Below are positions 9,927-19,638 of a stretch of 24,470 nucleotides of DNA, piece after piece. The stretch's first letter is position 1. Each line of letters opens with the position of its first letter. The position numbers and the translations under genes were made by a program. The DNA is from Nitrospira japonica (GTDB lineage: Bacteria > Nitrospirota > Thermodesulfovibrionia > Thermodesulfovibrionales > SM23-35), in NCBI GenBank assembly GCA_020725385.1, contig DYFC01000035.1, forward strand, positions 1 through 24,470, in the 5' to 3' direction. The notes under the pieces are model-generated. The model had not been told where the DNA came from and ran no database searches. It saw nothing but the letters and a program-made list of their open reading frames with translations.

Positions 9927-11258
9927 TTATTTAATATTCGCAAGTATTTCTTTCAACAAAGTACCTGTAACTCTTTTAAGTTTTACTACTGACAACTGAT
10001 AATTATACTTTGCTTCTGACAATTGCCTTTCAGAAGTAACAAGTAAAGTATTTGCATCCATAACATCTATGCTGTTTGCTAGTCCATACTCAAATTGTTT
10101 TGTCACAGCATTAAAATTGTCTCTTGCGAATGTTGTTTGGTCTTGAAGAGATTTCAAGATGCTGGATTGAGTATGCATATCAAGGTATGCATTTTCCACT
10201 TCTATAGCTATTGTCTTTTTCAGGTCATCATAAGATAAAATTGCCTGCCTTTTCTTAGCTTCTGCCTCTTTTACCTCAGCCCTTCTTAGTCCTCCCTCAA
10301 AGACAGGGAAATTAAGCCGTAATAGTCCATATATACTTTCATCATTAAAAAAAGGGGAAGAAGGATTTTCATCCAGGTTTAAATACATTCCTTCAAATGA
10401 AAGTGTTGGCAGAAAAGAACCTTTAGCATATTTTACACCGTCTTCTGCGATTTTCTTTCGAATATTGGATGCAATTAATTCAGCCCTTTCAGAGAGCGCT
10501 ATATTTTGAAAATCTGAAAGTGGAAGATTTATTAAACTAATACTTTCTTCAATAACTTCCTTTACCAAAAAATCTTCAGATATTCCCGCCTGTCTTGCAA
10601 GTATTGCTTTTGCGATTTTTAGAGAATTCTCTGCTTTAATCTTTTCTGATTCCGCACCTGATAATTCTGCTTCAGCCCTTAAAACCACTGTTTTTGTCAC
10701 TTCTCCGACGCGCAATCTTGCTTTTGCTGCGTCAAGATGTTTTTTTAACCTTTCGACATTAGACTTTGTGATATCCACATATTTTAAAGAGCGTAGATAG
10801 TCATAATATGCTGATGCAACTTCAAATAAATATTCTTCTTTAACAGCATTATGATATTGTGCGGTACTTTCTATATTTTTTTTCGAAATTGTGTAATTGG
10901 TAATCTCTTTGCCGCCAAGTGAAAAGGATTGATCAATTCTGAGACCCCAGGAAGATGAATTACGCGGCTGGATACTGAAACTGCCGAAAGAACTGGTTAC
11001 TTTTTTTTCTTCACTATATTTTTTATACTCACCAAAGAATGTTATCACAGGGAGAAAGGCAGAAAAAGCTTTATCTTTACCTCTGTCAGCTATAAATAAA
11101 TCTTCTTCAGAGATTTTTATCTTTTCAGCTTGCTTAAGTGCCAGAATATAGAAATCTTTTAGTGAATACTCCTCAATAGCAAAAACATTTTTAATATGAT
11201 AAAAAAGCACTACCGGGAAAATCATCATAATTAATATTAAATATGTATGCTTTTTCAT
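9927..11258 (-). CDS. TolC family outer-membrane efflux protein
   Basis: Signal peptide and two OEP repeats (FLPVITF/FLPTLSF, VASAYY/VENAYL, RLRVGEVTKTVVLRAE/QFEYGLANSIDVMDAN); 4-bp overlap with tetR. Confidence 0.92.
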   Translation of the reverse strand: MKKHTYLILIMMIFPVVLFYHIKNVFAIEEYSLKDFYILALKQAEKIKISEEDLFIADRGKDKAFSAFLPVITFFGEYKKYSEEKKVTSSFGSFSIQPRNSSSWGLRIDQSFSLGGKEITNYTISKKNIESTAQYHNAVKEEYLFEVASAYYDYLRSLKYVDITKSNVERLKKHLDAAKARLRVGEVTKTVVLRAEAELSGAESEKIKAENSLKIAKAILARQAGISEDFLVKEVIEESISLINLPLSDFQNIALSERAELIASNIRKKIAEDGVKYAKGSFLPTLSFEGMYLNLDENPSSPFFNDESIYGLLRLNFPVFEGGLRRAEVKEAEAKKRQAILSYDDLKKTIAIEVENAYLDMHTQSSILKSLQDQTTFARDNFNAVTKQFEYGLANSIDVMDANTLLVTSERQLSEAKYNYQLSVVKLKRVTGTLLKEILANIK

Positions 11259-11845
11259 TTAACAGACCCCCTCATAAAAATATCGATAAAATCTTCGATT
11301 ATCTTGTTGACTTCAAGTTCCTTGTATTTTTTCATCATCTGAAGCTCCCTTGCATTAAAAAAAGAAAAAAACATACCCAGGAAAGCCATGGCTCCGGAAT
11401 TTGTATTAAATTTTCTTAATACCCCTTTTTTCTGGTGTTTCTCAAAAAAAGAAGCAAGAGTTTTTATCATTTCATCTACGAAACTATGATATATTTTGCG
11501 AACTTTATCAGGGTAATTGCTTGCCTCTGAATGCATAATCTTTATTAAGTATTTTTTTGATTCAAGAGTGTTTAAAAATTCACTGGCTATAATTTTCAAC
11601 GCTTTTTCGAAAGGCATGTTTGTTAACCGGGGCAGCAAACCTTTCAGTACAGGCAAAAATGAATAAACGCTTAAAGTTTCCTCAAAAAGATTTTCTTTTG
11701 AAGGGAAATATCTAAATAAAGTAATCTCGGCAATCCCTGCTTCTTTTGCTATCTCCTTAGTTGTAGCACCAAGATAACCTTTTTGAGAGAAAAGTTTAAT
11801 AGCTGCCTTAAGAATTTTTTCTTTTGTTGAAACAACAGTTGCCAT
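11255..11845 (-). CDS. TetR/AcrR family transcriptional regulator
   Basis: N-terminal HTH KILKAAIKLFSQKGYLGATTKEIAKEAGIAEITLFRYFPSKENLF; RBS AGGAG at 11854-11850 on the minus strand. Confidence 0.95.
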   Translation of the reverse strand: MATVVSTKEKILKAAIKLFSQKGYLGATTKEIAKEAGIAEITLFRYFPSKENLFEETLSVYSFLPVLKGLLPRLTNMPFEKALKIIASEFLNTLESKKYLIKIMHSEASNYPDKVRKIYHSFVDEMIKTLASFFEKHQKKGVLRKFNTNSGAMAFLGMFFSFFNARELQMMKKYKELEVNKIIEDFIDIFMRGSVK

Positions 11846-11920
11846 TTTTCTCCTATTTAATTTTTAAGAACCATTTCTATTATTGGCAAAACCCAGTAAA
11901 TATTAGAAAATAATATGAAT

Positions 11921-11932
11921 GTAAGTACTTAC
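11921..11932. promoter_or_regulatory. Putative TetR operator (perfect 12-bp palindrome GTAAGTACTTAC)
   Basis: Self-complementary 12-mer about 75 bp upstream of the tetR start, immediately downstream of the predicted -10. Confidence 0.65.
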
Positions 11933-11933
11933 T

Positions 11934-11963
11934 AACGTAAAATATATAGACTGAATAAGTCAA
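11934..11963 (-). promoter_or_regulatory. Putative sigma-70 promoter of the efflux operon
   Basis: Minus strand TTGACT (11963-11958), 18 nt, TACGTT (11939-11934). Confidence 0.5.
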
Positions 11964-12083
11964 CCCGATATTTAAAAAGACTCAAGTTACAAAATATAGT
12001 TATGGAGTCTGAAAAACCCTTAAGCAATTTCAGGCATAATTTATGATGAAAATAATCAAGACTTTAAGATATGAATTATTGCG

Positions 12084-15000
12084 CTAGCGAACTTCTATTC
12101 TAATATTATCATTAGGCAATTCTCCGAAAATTTCAGGAGCATAAAGCGCTTCTACTCTGGTAGAAGGCAGATTGAATACTCCTTCGTTGTTAAGTCTTAT
12201 TGTATATTCTAAAGTCCATTTTCCTTTAGGTAAAAACTCATAATACGCCCTGAATGAATCAAAAGAACGTTCTATAAATACAGGGGAAATCCAGTTATTT
12301 TGTTTTTCGTCTCTGGTAAGAATTATTGGATCTCTTGCAAAACCGGTTTTTAGTATAGTAGAACCTGCTGGTATAGGATCATTAACCACAACCCATGTCA
12401 TATCTGTTTGTGCATCTATTTCAAGTTTTATTCTAATCACATCACCCTTAATCCATAAACCTTTATTTCTTTGCTCTATTGGTATAATATTTTTTTCAAC
12501 TTTAAAACCATTGAAAACAGGTTTTTCTTGCGGGATAGCTACAAGACTCTGAATTGTTGCCCACGGCCTTCCAGAGCCTTCATGTGATATTTTCAAGGAA
12601 TCTTTTTCAGACAGCCAGTTGAAATTTAAGACACCGCCTTCCGGGTTTTCCTCCCAGTTAATAGAATCATATTCTCCTTTAGTCTGAGCAGATGTAATCC
12701 CTGTAATTTTATCAGATTCGAATTTTCTCGAGAATTTTTCCATTGCAAGAACACCCCATGCATTTGAAATTGTTGTATCCCAGTAACCTCTGACCTGACG
12801 GTTTAAAGCACCCTTTGTAAATCGTGGAATATCATCTTTCCATAAGTCAAATTCAAGTAATGTTAAGAGAGTTTTGACAGCATTTGTATCAGGAGATGAC
12901 ATAAGCCACCATAAATTATCATTTTTCTCTGTTGAAAAACCAAATGATGTTCCCTGAAAATTCACTCTGGTTCTAAGAATCTGCAAAGCTTGTTCAATTC
13001 TTTTTTCTCGCTCCTGAATTCCTTTAACTCTTAAAAGTATATTAATCCAATCAATTAGTGCAGAAGTAGGCCATAGATTGGGTTCAATTGTGACAGATGA
13101 AAGCATAGAAGGTTTTGCATATCCCCATCTTGATAATGCTTCTATAGCTGCTATTTTTCTAATTGAAACATCTGCTGTTGGCAATGAAGACCATCTGATT
13201 ACACGTCCTTCAATAAAACCAATGAGACCCTGTTGCATTCTATTTTTAATATCAGATGGAATATCCAATCCAGCTTCTTTTGAAATTGAAAGTATATAGG
13301 ATGTCAGAACATCACTTCCAGAACTACAGGATGGGAAATATTTTACAAGTCCATCACCATCAAGATGTGCAGGCAGTTCAGAAATTACATTTTCCCATAA
13401 TTTAGAATCTTTCAATGCTATTGCTTTTGAAATCTTTTGTTCCATACAGGTATATGGATAGCGCCTCATAAACCACTCAACTCCGCCAAGTCCATTTGAT
13501 AATCTTGGTTTTAAAAATAAGGAAATGCCTCCTTTATTATTTAAGGCTTTTTCAGGTTTTTTTACGTCAAGAGTATATGTTTTTTCAACCTTTGTCATTG
13601 TTGATTGAAATACCCGCAAAGGTATTGCTTCAATAACTTTTTGAGTAATTTTGAGAGTATCAGAAGCGCTATTTATTTTTTCAGATAAACTGTCTTTTAT
13701 TTCTGTTGCTTTTATTTCATACTCAATTTTGTTTATATTTGATTGCACAGTAATATCCCAACCAATTTCTTTTGACTCTCCTGCAGAAAGATTCTCAATA
13801 ATTTCTTGAAGAGTTTGACTCATTATACCAGACTTCAGACTCCCGTTTATCTTAACCTTCATGTTCCTGCCAGATGCATTTCTAACTGTGAAGTTTGCTT
13901 TAAAAGAATCTCCTTCTCTTATTACAGGAGGAATTCCTGAATTTATCATTAAATCCTGTGTTGTTCTTATACTTGCCACGCCTTCACCAAAAAGGTCATC
14001 ACCGGCAAATGCAATTACTGCAATTTTAAACCCGGTTAAAGAATCATTTAAAGGTATCTCAACCTCTGCTTCTCCATTTTTATCAAGAACAATTTCTGGA
14101 TTCCAGTAAAGAAGAGTGTCAAATAATTCTCTTATTGTTTGTCTTCCTCCTCCACCTCCGTGAGGCAAAGCTTTTAGTCCGTAATGTCTTTTTCCAACAA
14201 CCTGCATCTGGGCAGTAGATGTATGTATTTCATAACCTCTTAATGACATCATTGATTCAAGCAATTTCCAGCTTTGATTGGGCATTAGCTCAAGCAAACC
14301 TTCATCAATTGCAGCAACAGCAACTTCATATTTAAGCTTTTCTTTTGATAATTTTCTTGTAAAAGATTCATCTGAAAGATTGACCTTTATTCGGATTTTT
14401 GCTTTTTCCCGTATCTTATAAACAGTTCTTTCGGGTTCAACTAATACTTTCAGTTCATGCGATTTCCAGCCAACTTTTATTTCAGAAATTCCAAGCTTAT
14501 AAGCAGGCCTGCCAAGATCAGCCATTGCAGTTGGCTGTGGTTCTGACACCCTGCCTCTAACAATCAATGCTGAAACAAATACATTCGGAGCATAACTACC
14601 CTTTATCGGGACCTCTACAATTGGAGATTTGCCCGAGAGTTTTTTTATAAAAGTATCAATTATTCCTTCTCGTTCAACTGTAACAAGAGCTGTTGCTTCT
14701 CTAAAAGGCATCCTAACCTGAAATTTCGCTGTTTCACCCGGCTCGTATCTTCTTTTTTCAGGAAGGAGGTCTATTCTGTCATTATCAGATACATCAAACC
14801 ACCAGTCATCTTTTCCCGAAACCCATATTTCGTGATGAGTTGTTGACTTATTGCCATATTCATCGAAAGTTTGAGCTTGAATAATTACATTCCCTGACAC
14901 AGAAGATTGAGCTTCACATAAAAGCAAACCATTTAAATCTGTTAAACCTTCACAAATATTTCCGAGTCTTTTTATTTCAGTTACATGTTCATATGCATAG

Positions 15001-17858
15001 TATCCTCCAATAAGCCTTTTTCTATGCGAATAATGAAGCTTTTGGAATAATTCAACTTTAACCCGAGCATTTGGAATAGTTTTTCCACTCAGATTTAGTG
15101 CTACAACAGTAAATTTAAAAAAATCTTTTGACAATGCCCATGAATCAGGTTTAATTCCGACAAGAACTTTTGAATTCCATAAAGGTATTTTTATTGAAGA
15201 TGTCTGTATCTCACCATTGGGGTCCCTGAATTCAAGCTCTGTAAGCAAATCATGTGGTTGCATAATTTTTGGAATATCTTTAATTACTGCCCTTGAACTT
15301 CCTGTTTTATCAAGCAAAATATCCTGAGTCTTAATCGAATATTTTGAATCACTGATTCTTTCTTCTGATTCATAAAAACCTTCTCTTGTTTTTATACCTT
15401 CTTTTATTTCTCCATTAGAAAATAAAAAATCGGGATAATCATTAAAAAATATCTGTTTAGGCTGAAGAACTGTCCTGAGTCTTACAGGTACATTGCCAGC
15501 ACCTCCTCCCGAAAGATATGAAAGCATAATATCAATATTTGCTTCTGATGAATTAATTAGTGGCTCAACAGGTGGTTGAAGAATGGCTTTCATAAGGGGC
15601 ACTCTGAATTCTTCTACCCTGAAAGTTCCTGATTGCCATCCATCAGGAACAAAATATTCTTCATCTCCTGATTCATATCCTCCAACATTTGTCCTTGATG
15701 AAGGCTTCTCGATAGCTTTCTTTAGAAGAATGACTTCATAGTTTCCGAGTTTTGCTTGTACAGGTATTTTCCAGTCTGTTAAAGCTACTCCATTTTCATC
15801 CCAATTAAGAGGGAATTCATACCTCTGATTACTTCCTATATGCTGGATAACCATAGATTTTGGCAATTCTTTTCTATCAAGAAATGCAAATCCCTTAGTT
15901 GTATGATTCCTGATTAAATGCTTCATATGAACAGTTTCTCCTGCTCTAAGAAGTGTTCTATCAAAAACAGTATGCGTTATAACAGGCCCCTGATAAGATG
16001 GTTCGGGAAGATTAAATCTCCATGGCTCGATTCCATTATCCCAGTTAGAATGAACAAACGTTAAATCGTCATCTTTTCTTGCAAAAACAAACAATCCGCT
16101 ATTAATTGAAGTAATGGTCTGCTCAACATCACGATAATTTATCTCAAGAGGACATGTTGGAAGTTTGTTGTAATCAGGCAATTCCTCATTAATCATTGAA
16201 ATGCCATCTTTATTTGTTTTACCTTTCCAGATAATTTTCCCGTTACAATCTCTTATATGTATATCAGCATCAGGAACAGGAGTTGCATCATCAAGTTTTG
16301 TTACCCAAACCAAAGAGGATTCCCTTCCCCATTTGAAATGTGCAGCAAGATTTGTAACTAGCGCTCCGGTAGGAACATATAGAGGTTTTTGCTCGGCAAG
16401 TAAAGAGATGCCAAGTATTTTGCTTTCAAGTTCTACAATATAAAAGCCTGTTTCTTTTAGTGGAATACCTACAACTTCAAAGGACTTTGAGCCTTCTAAT
16501 TTTGGTATTTCAAGATTTTTTATATCTGACTTTAGTTGTTGAAAAGATTTTGAAGATTTTTCAATTTCGAAAATGGATTTTTCCCTTTTTGAAGAAGCAA
16601 GTCTTTTCATCCATTCAATAATCTCTTCTTCTTTATCAAAAGGTATATTCTTAATACTTCCCTTAATTTCCTGAATCGGTCCTGCAACATTGTTTATATG
16701 AAGCACTTTTGTTTTTAATTGGGGTTCTATGTTTCTTACTGTTACAGGAAGCACCGGATCAATCACCTCTATGATCCCGAACCTTGCTGAAAACTTAGCA
16801 AGGGGTGGATAAAAATCGGTTTTTACAGTCAAAGGAAATTTATCAATATTAGAAAGTTTTCTGCCTGAATCATCTTCTATATCTTTTTGAATTTCTATCA
16901 TAAAAGAAGTCTTCTCAGGGAATGGTCCTTCAAAAGTTACACTGTAAAAATAATCATCCCGCTTATTATCTATTCCGGATGGTCTATAAATTTTGTTATC
17001 ACTGCTTTTTAATACAATATTCTCAATAAATTTTTTTGGAACAGGAGATGAAAAACTCAGATACATTGGTAGCAAAGGAATACAATCAGATTTTGCATTT
17101 TCTCTTTCACAATTAAATGTAGCAGTAAACGGACCCCGTGATTTAAAATGCAAGACCTGGTCGTGTTCGTTTTTTACACCGCTTAATGACTCAATATCTT
17201 TTCCCCATACAAGCTGAATCTTAACATTAGAAGGAAATATCTGTTTTGCCTGTATTAACATCTGCGGTATTTTTATATCATGTCTTCTATATCTGGTTTT
17301 AAGTATCTCTTCTTTTTCTTTTCCTTTAATTATTCTTACTCCAATTTTTTCAATAATTCCTTCAACAGAAAAAAAAGCATTCTTTAAAACAGATTCTTCT
17401 ACTGGTTCTGCATCAAGTGAAAGTATAAATATCTGATCTTCATTTATATATTCAGAACCTTCATATGGTTGGACTTCAATAATTGATGGCCCTCCAGTAT
17501 TAAATGAAAAAACTCTTTGCTCCTGAATTTGTTTTCCTGCTAAAGTTTTTAATCCCTTTTTGAGAACAAATTCGCAGGATATTCCGGCAGGTAAATCTCT
17601 ATCAAAATCATACACCCAGTTTTCACTGTCAAGCCATCTTCCTCGTCCTTTTTCAGAACATCTTATTTCGAATGGATCAGGAAGTTCAGGGTCTCCAAAA
17701 GAAACCATTTGCTCTGAAAAACGTACAGAAACCTGCCTGACATTCTTGATGAGTCCTTGTGGAGAAAAATGCTCTACTATGGATTCATTTGATGCAAATA
17801 ATAATAAAGGATATAAACAGAATAGAATGACAAATAAAAATAATGCCCTGTATCTCAT
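12084..17858 (-). CDS. Bacterial alpha-2-macroglobulin family protein (thioester-containing)
   Basis: About 1924 aa. MG2 motif FDRTLLRAGETVHMK, FRVEEFRVP, YEPGETAK, AAIDEG, PLNDSLT, thioester YPYTCMEQ, C-terminal VNDPIPAG and VEALYAPE. Start moved from GTG 17864 to ATG 17858, which lies 6 nt from GGAGG (17869-17865). N-terminal signal peptide. Confidence 0.95.
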   Translation of the reverse strand: MRYRALFLFVILFCLYPLLLFASNESIVEHFSPQGLIKNVRQVSVRFSEQMVSFGDPELPDPFEIRCSEKGRGRWLDSENWVYDFDRDLPAGISCEFVLKKGLKTLAGKQIQEQRVFSFNTGGPSIIEVQPYEGSEYINEDQIFILSLDAEPVEESVLKNAFFSVEGIIEKIGVRIIKGKEKEEILKTRYRRHDIKIPQMLIQAKQIFPSNVKIQLVWGKDIESLSGVKNEHDQVLHFKSRGPFTATFNCERENAKSDCIPLLPMYLSFSSPVPKKFIENIVLKSSDNKIYRPSGIDNKRDDYFYSVTFEGPFPEKTSFMIEIQKDIEDDSGRKLSNIDKFPLTVKTDFYPPLAKFSARFGIIEVIDPVLPVTVRNIEPQLKTKVLHINNVAGPIQEIKGSIKNIPFDKEEEIIEWMKRLASSKREKSIFEIEKSSKSFQQLKSDIKNLEIPKLEGSKSFEVVGIPLKETGFYIVELESKILGISLLAEQKPLYVPTGALVTNLAAHFKWGRESSLVWVTKLDDATPVPDADIHIRDCNGKIIWKGKTNKDGISMINEELPDYNKLPTCPLEINYRDVEQTITSINSGLFVFARKDDDLTFVHSNWDNGIEPWRFNLPEPSYQGPVITHTVFDRTLLRAGETVHMKHLIRNHTTKGFAFLDRKELPKSMVIQHIGSNQRYEFPLNWDENGVALTDWKIPVQAKLGNYEVILLKKAIEKPSSRTNVGGYESGDEEYFVPDGWQSGTFRVEEFRVPLMKAILQPPVEPLINSSEANIDIMLSYLSGGGAGNVPVRLRTVLQPKQIFFNDYPDFLFSNGEIKEGIKTREGFYESEERISDSKYSIKTQDILLDKTGSSRAVIKDIPKIMQPHDLLTELEFRDPNGEIQTSSIKIPLWNSKVLVGIKPDSWALSKDFFKFTVVALNLSGKTIPNARVKVELFQKLHYSHRKRLIGGYYAYEHVTEIKRLGNICEGLTDLNGLLLCEAQSSVSGNVIIQAQTFDEYGNKSTTHHEIWVSGKDDWWFDVSDNDRIDLLPEKRRYEPGETAKFQVRMPFREATALVTVEREGIIDTFIKKLSGKSPIVEVPIKGSYAPNVFVSALIVRGRVSEPQPTAMADLGRPAYKLGISEIKVGWKSHELKVLVEPERTVYKIREKAKIRIKVNLSDESFTRKLSKEKLKYEVAVAAIDEGLLELMPNQSWKLLESMMSLRGYEIHTSTAQMQVVGKRHYGLKALPHGGGGGRQTIRELFDTLLYWNPEIVLDKNGEAEVEIPLNDSLTGFKIAVIAFAGDDLFGEGVASIRTTQDLMINSGIPPVIREGDSFKANFTVRNASGRNMKVKINGSLKSGIMSQTLQEIIENLSAGESKEIGWDITVQSNINKIEYEIKATEIKDSLSEKINSASDTLKITQKVIEAIPLRVFQSTMTKVEKTYTLDVKKPEKALNNKGGISLFLKPRLSNGLGGVEWFMRRYPYTCMEQKISKAIALKDSKLWENVISELPAHLDGDGLVKYFPSCSSGSDVLTSYILSISKEAGLDIPSDIKNRMQQGLIGFIEGRVIRWSSLPTADVSIRKIAAIEALSRWGYAKPSMLSSVTIEPNLWPTSALIDWINILLRVKGIQEREKRIEQALQILRTRVNFQGTSFGFSTEKNDNLWWLMSSPDTNAVKTLLTLLEFDLWKDDIPRFTKGALNRQVRGYWDTTISNAWGVLAMEKFSRKFESDKITGITSAQTKGEYDSINWEENPEGGVLNFNWLSEKDSLKISHEGSGRPWATIQSLVAIPQEKPVFNGFKVEKNIIPIEQRNKGLWIKGDVIRIKLEIDAQTDMTWVVVNDPIPAGSTILKTGFARDPIILTRDEKQNNWISPVFIERSFDSFRAYYEFLPKGKWTLEYTIRLNNEGVFNLPSTRVEALYAPEIFGELPNDNIRIEVR

Positions 17859-17897
17859 AACCACCCTCCCGGAGATTTATATAATGCTCGCACACAA

Positions 17898-17906
17898 ATT
17901 ATACCA
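17898..17906 (-). promoter_or_regulatory. Putative extended -10 promoter for the alpha-2-macroglobulin gene
   Basis: Minus strand TGGTATAAT is a perfect TGn-TATAAT about 40 nt upstream of the ATG; no good -35. Confidence 0.5.
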
Positions 17907-17927
17907 TTTAAACTTTTTATTCATTAA

Positions 17928-19418
17928 TTATTCATTAGTTTTTATAATTTTCATTAGTTCATTATAAACCCTTTTGAAGACACCTTCCCAGTCACCTGGG
18001 GAACTTTGCCTAAATAAACGCATTGTGGGATACCATGGGCTATCTTCTCTATTAAGCATCCAGCGCCAGTCAGGTTTAAATGGCAATAATGTCCAAACAG
18101 TTTTTCCAAGAGCTCCTGCCATATGTACTGTAGCATTGTCTACAGATATAATAAGATCAAGCGCAAAGACCTCTGCCGCAAAAAAATCCAGATTTTTCAA
18201 TGGATCAGCATCAACCCAATCATATATCTTAATTTCAAATTTTTTTTGCACAAAATTTACTTCCTCGGAAGTATTGCCATACTGTAAATTAATAAATTTG
18301 ATATTTTTAAAAGAAAAAATATCTTTCCAATCTTCTAAAAAAGTAGAACGTACACGCTGAACATCAAGGTCTTTACCACCTTTCCATGAAATACCAACTT
18401 TTAATTTTCCGTCTAAGACAGAAAACCTTTTCTTCCACAAATCTACTTGTAGTGTGTCAGGTATGAGATACCCAATTCGTTTGGGGAAATTATATACATC
18501 AGTTCGTAAAAATCTAGGCAAGCTACCAATCGGTATCCTAAAATCAGCTGATTCTAAAATATCTTTATTATGTTCACATAATTTTAAAGTAGGGATTATG
18601 CTCATATTCGGAAAAGACCGCTTAAAAATTGGAACAAGTCTTTCTTCAGTTTCAACAATACAACATTTTGCTTCATGTGCTATTTCTTTAAGACAAGATG
18701 CAAACATAATTTTATCACCTACCCCTTGCTCATCATAAATGAATAATGTTCTATTATAAAGAGGTGAACCATCCCATAAAGGCATAGGAAATTTTCTGTT
18801 TTGGAAATCTTTTATTTTCCATCTCCACTCATAACCATCCCATCCGTTTTTGAAATCCCCAAGCAAAAGAAGAGTTTGTCCTAAATTCCAATGCGCATCT
18901 GGAAAATTTGGATCAATTTCTAATGCTTTTCTATAATATGCAAGGGCTTCATTATGGTCCCCTCTAAAACTTAGAGCATTTGCAAGATTATTATATGCAA
19001 TCACAAATTTTGGATTTATCTCTATAACTTTTTTAAAACAATCTATTGCTTCATCAAACTGCATTTTTTCTTTGTACGCCATTCCAAGATTATTATATGC
19101 CCATTCAAATTTTGGATTGATAGAGATGGCTTTCTGATAACAGGAAATTGCAGAGTCGATGTCCCCTTTTCCCATAAATGCATCCCCCATATTATAGAAA
19201 GAACCGTAATTATAAGGAGACAGTTTCACAATCTTTTTATATCTCTCAATTGCTTTGTCACATTCCCCATAATCAAGGAACATATTTCCTACAGCCATTA
19301 ATAAACTAACATTATTGGGTTGAAGTTTTTCTAAATGACTTATGATATTTAATGCTTCTTCCAATTTGTCTTCTTTAAGATATTCTTGAGCAAGATTTAT
19401 AAGATATTGCGTTTCCAT
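17928..19418 (-). CDS. TPR-repeat protein with C-terminal GT-B glycosyltransferase-like (GT9-related) domain
   Basis: About 5-6 TPRs (AYNNLG/AYNNLA, INPKF), then GWDGYEWRW, EQGVGDKIMF, VGISWKG, LQYG, LDLIISVDNATVHMAGALG, PDWRW and SPWYPTMRLFRQ. Confidence 0.88.
   Translation of the reverse strand: METQYLINLAQEYLKEDKLEEALNIISHLEKLQPNNVSLLMAVGNMFLDYGECDKAIERYKKIVKLSPYNYGSFYNMGDAFMGKGDIDSAISCYQKAISINPKFEWAYNNLGMAYKEKMQFDEAIDCFKKVIEINPKFVIAYNNLANALSFRGDHNEALAYYRKALEIDPNFPDAHWNLGQTLLLLGDFKNGWDGYEWRWKIKDFQNRKFPMPLWDGSPLYNRTLFIYDEQGVGDKIMFASCLKEIAHEAKCCIVETEERLVPIFKRSFPNMSIIPTLKLCEHNKDILESADFRIPIGSLPRFLRTDVYNFPKRIGYLIPDTLQVDLWKKRFSVLDGKLKVGISWKGGKDLDVQRVRSTFLEDWKDIFSFKNIKFINLQYGNTSEEVNFVQKKFEIKIYDWVDADPLKNLDFFAAEVFALDLIISVDNATVHMAGALGKTVWTLLPFKPDWRWMLNREDSPWYPTMRLFRQSSPGDWEGVFKRVYNELMKIIKTNE
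18983..19118 (-). repeat. DNA-level repeat with 102-bp period encoding adjacent TPR units
   Basis: CAAGATTATTATATGC at 18983 and 19085; CAAATTTTGGATT at 19004 and 19106. Spacing of 102 bp equals 34 codons. Confidence 0.8.
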
Positions 19419-19638
19419 TCAATATTTTATCACGTTTTCTAAATACAACTGTGCTACAATAACAAATTAAGCCTAATGATGCAGGCATTGTTCGAATACC
19501 GTAAAACGTAAAAAGTAAACTGTTAGATTGTCATTCTCTGATTTGTGTTTTTTATATGGATAACATGCAATGGATTACTGATAGTAAATTTTACAATATC
19601 TCCAGTATTTGTATTAATTGAGAAAAATGGAGGGGAAA

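Noticed and set aside
19419-19638. T-box or riboswitch upstream of proS
   Set aside because: No GGTGGNACCGCG T-box sequence or terminator. Only a weak GCCT-N8-AGGC stem at 19471-19486.
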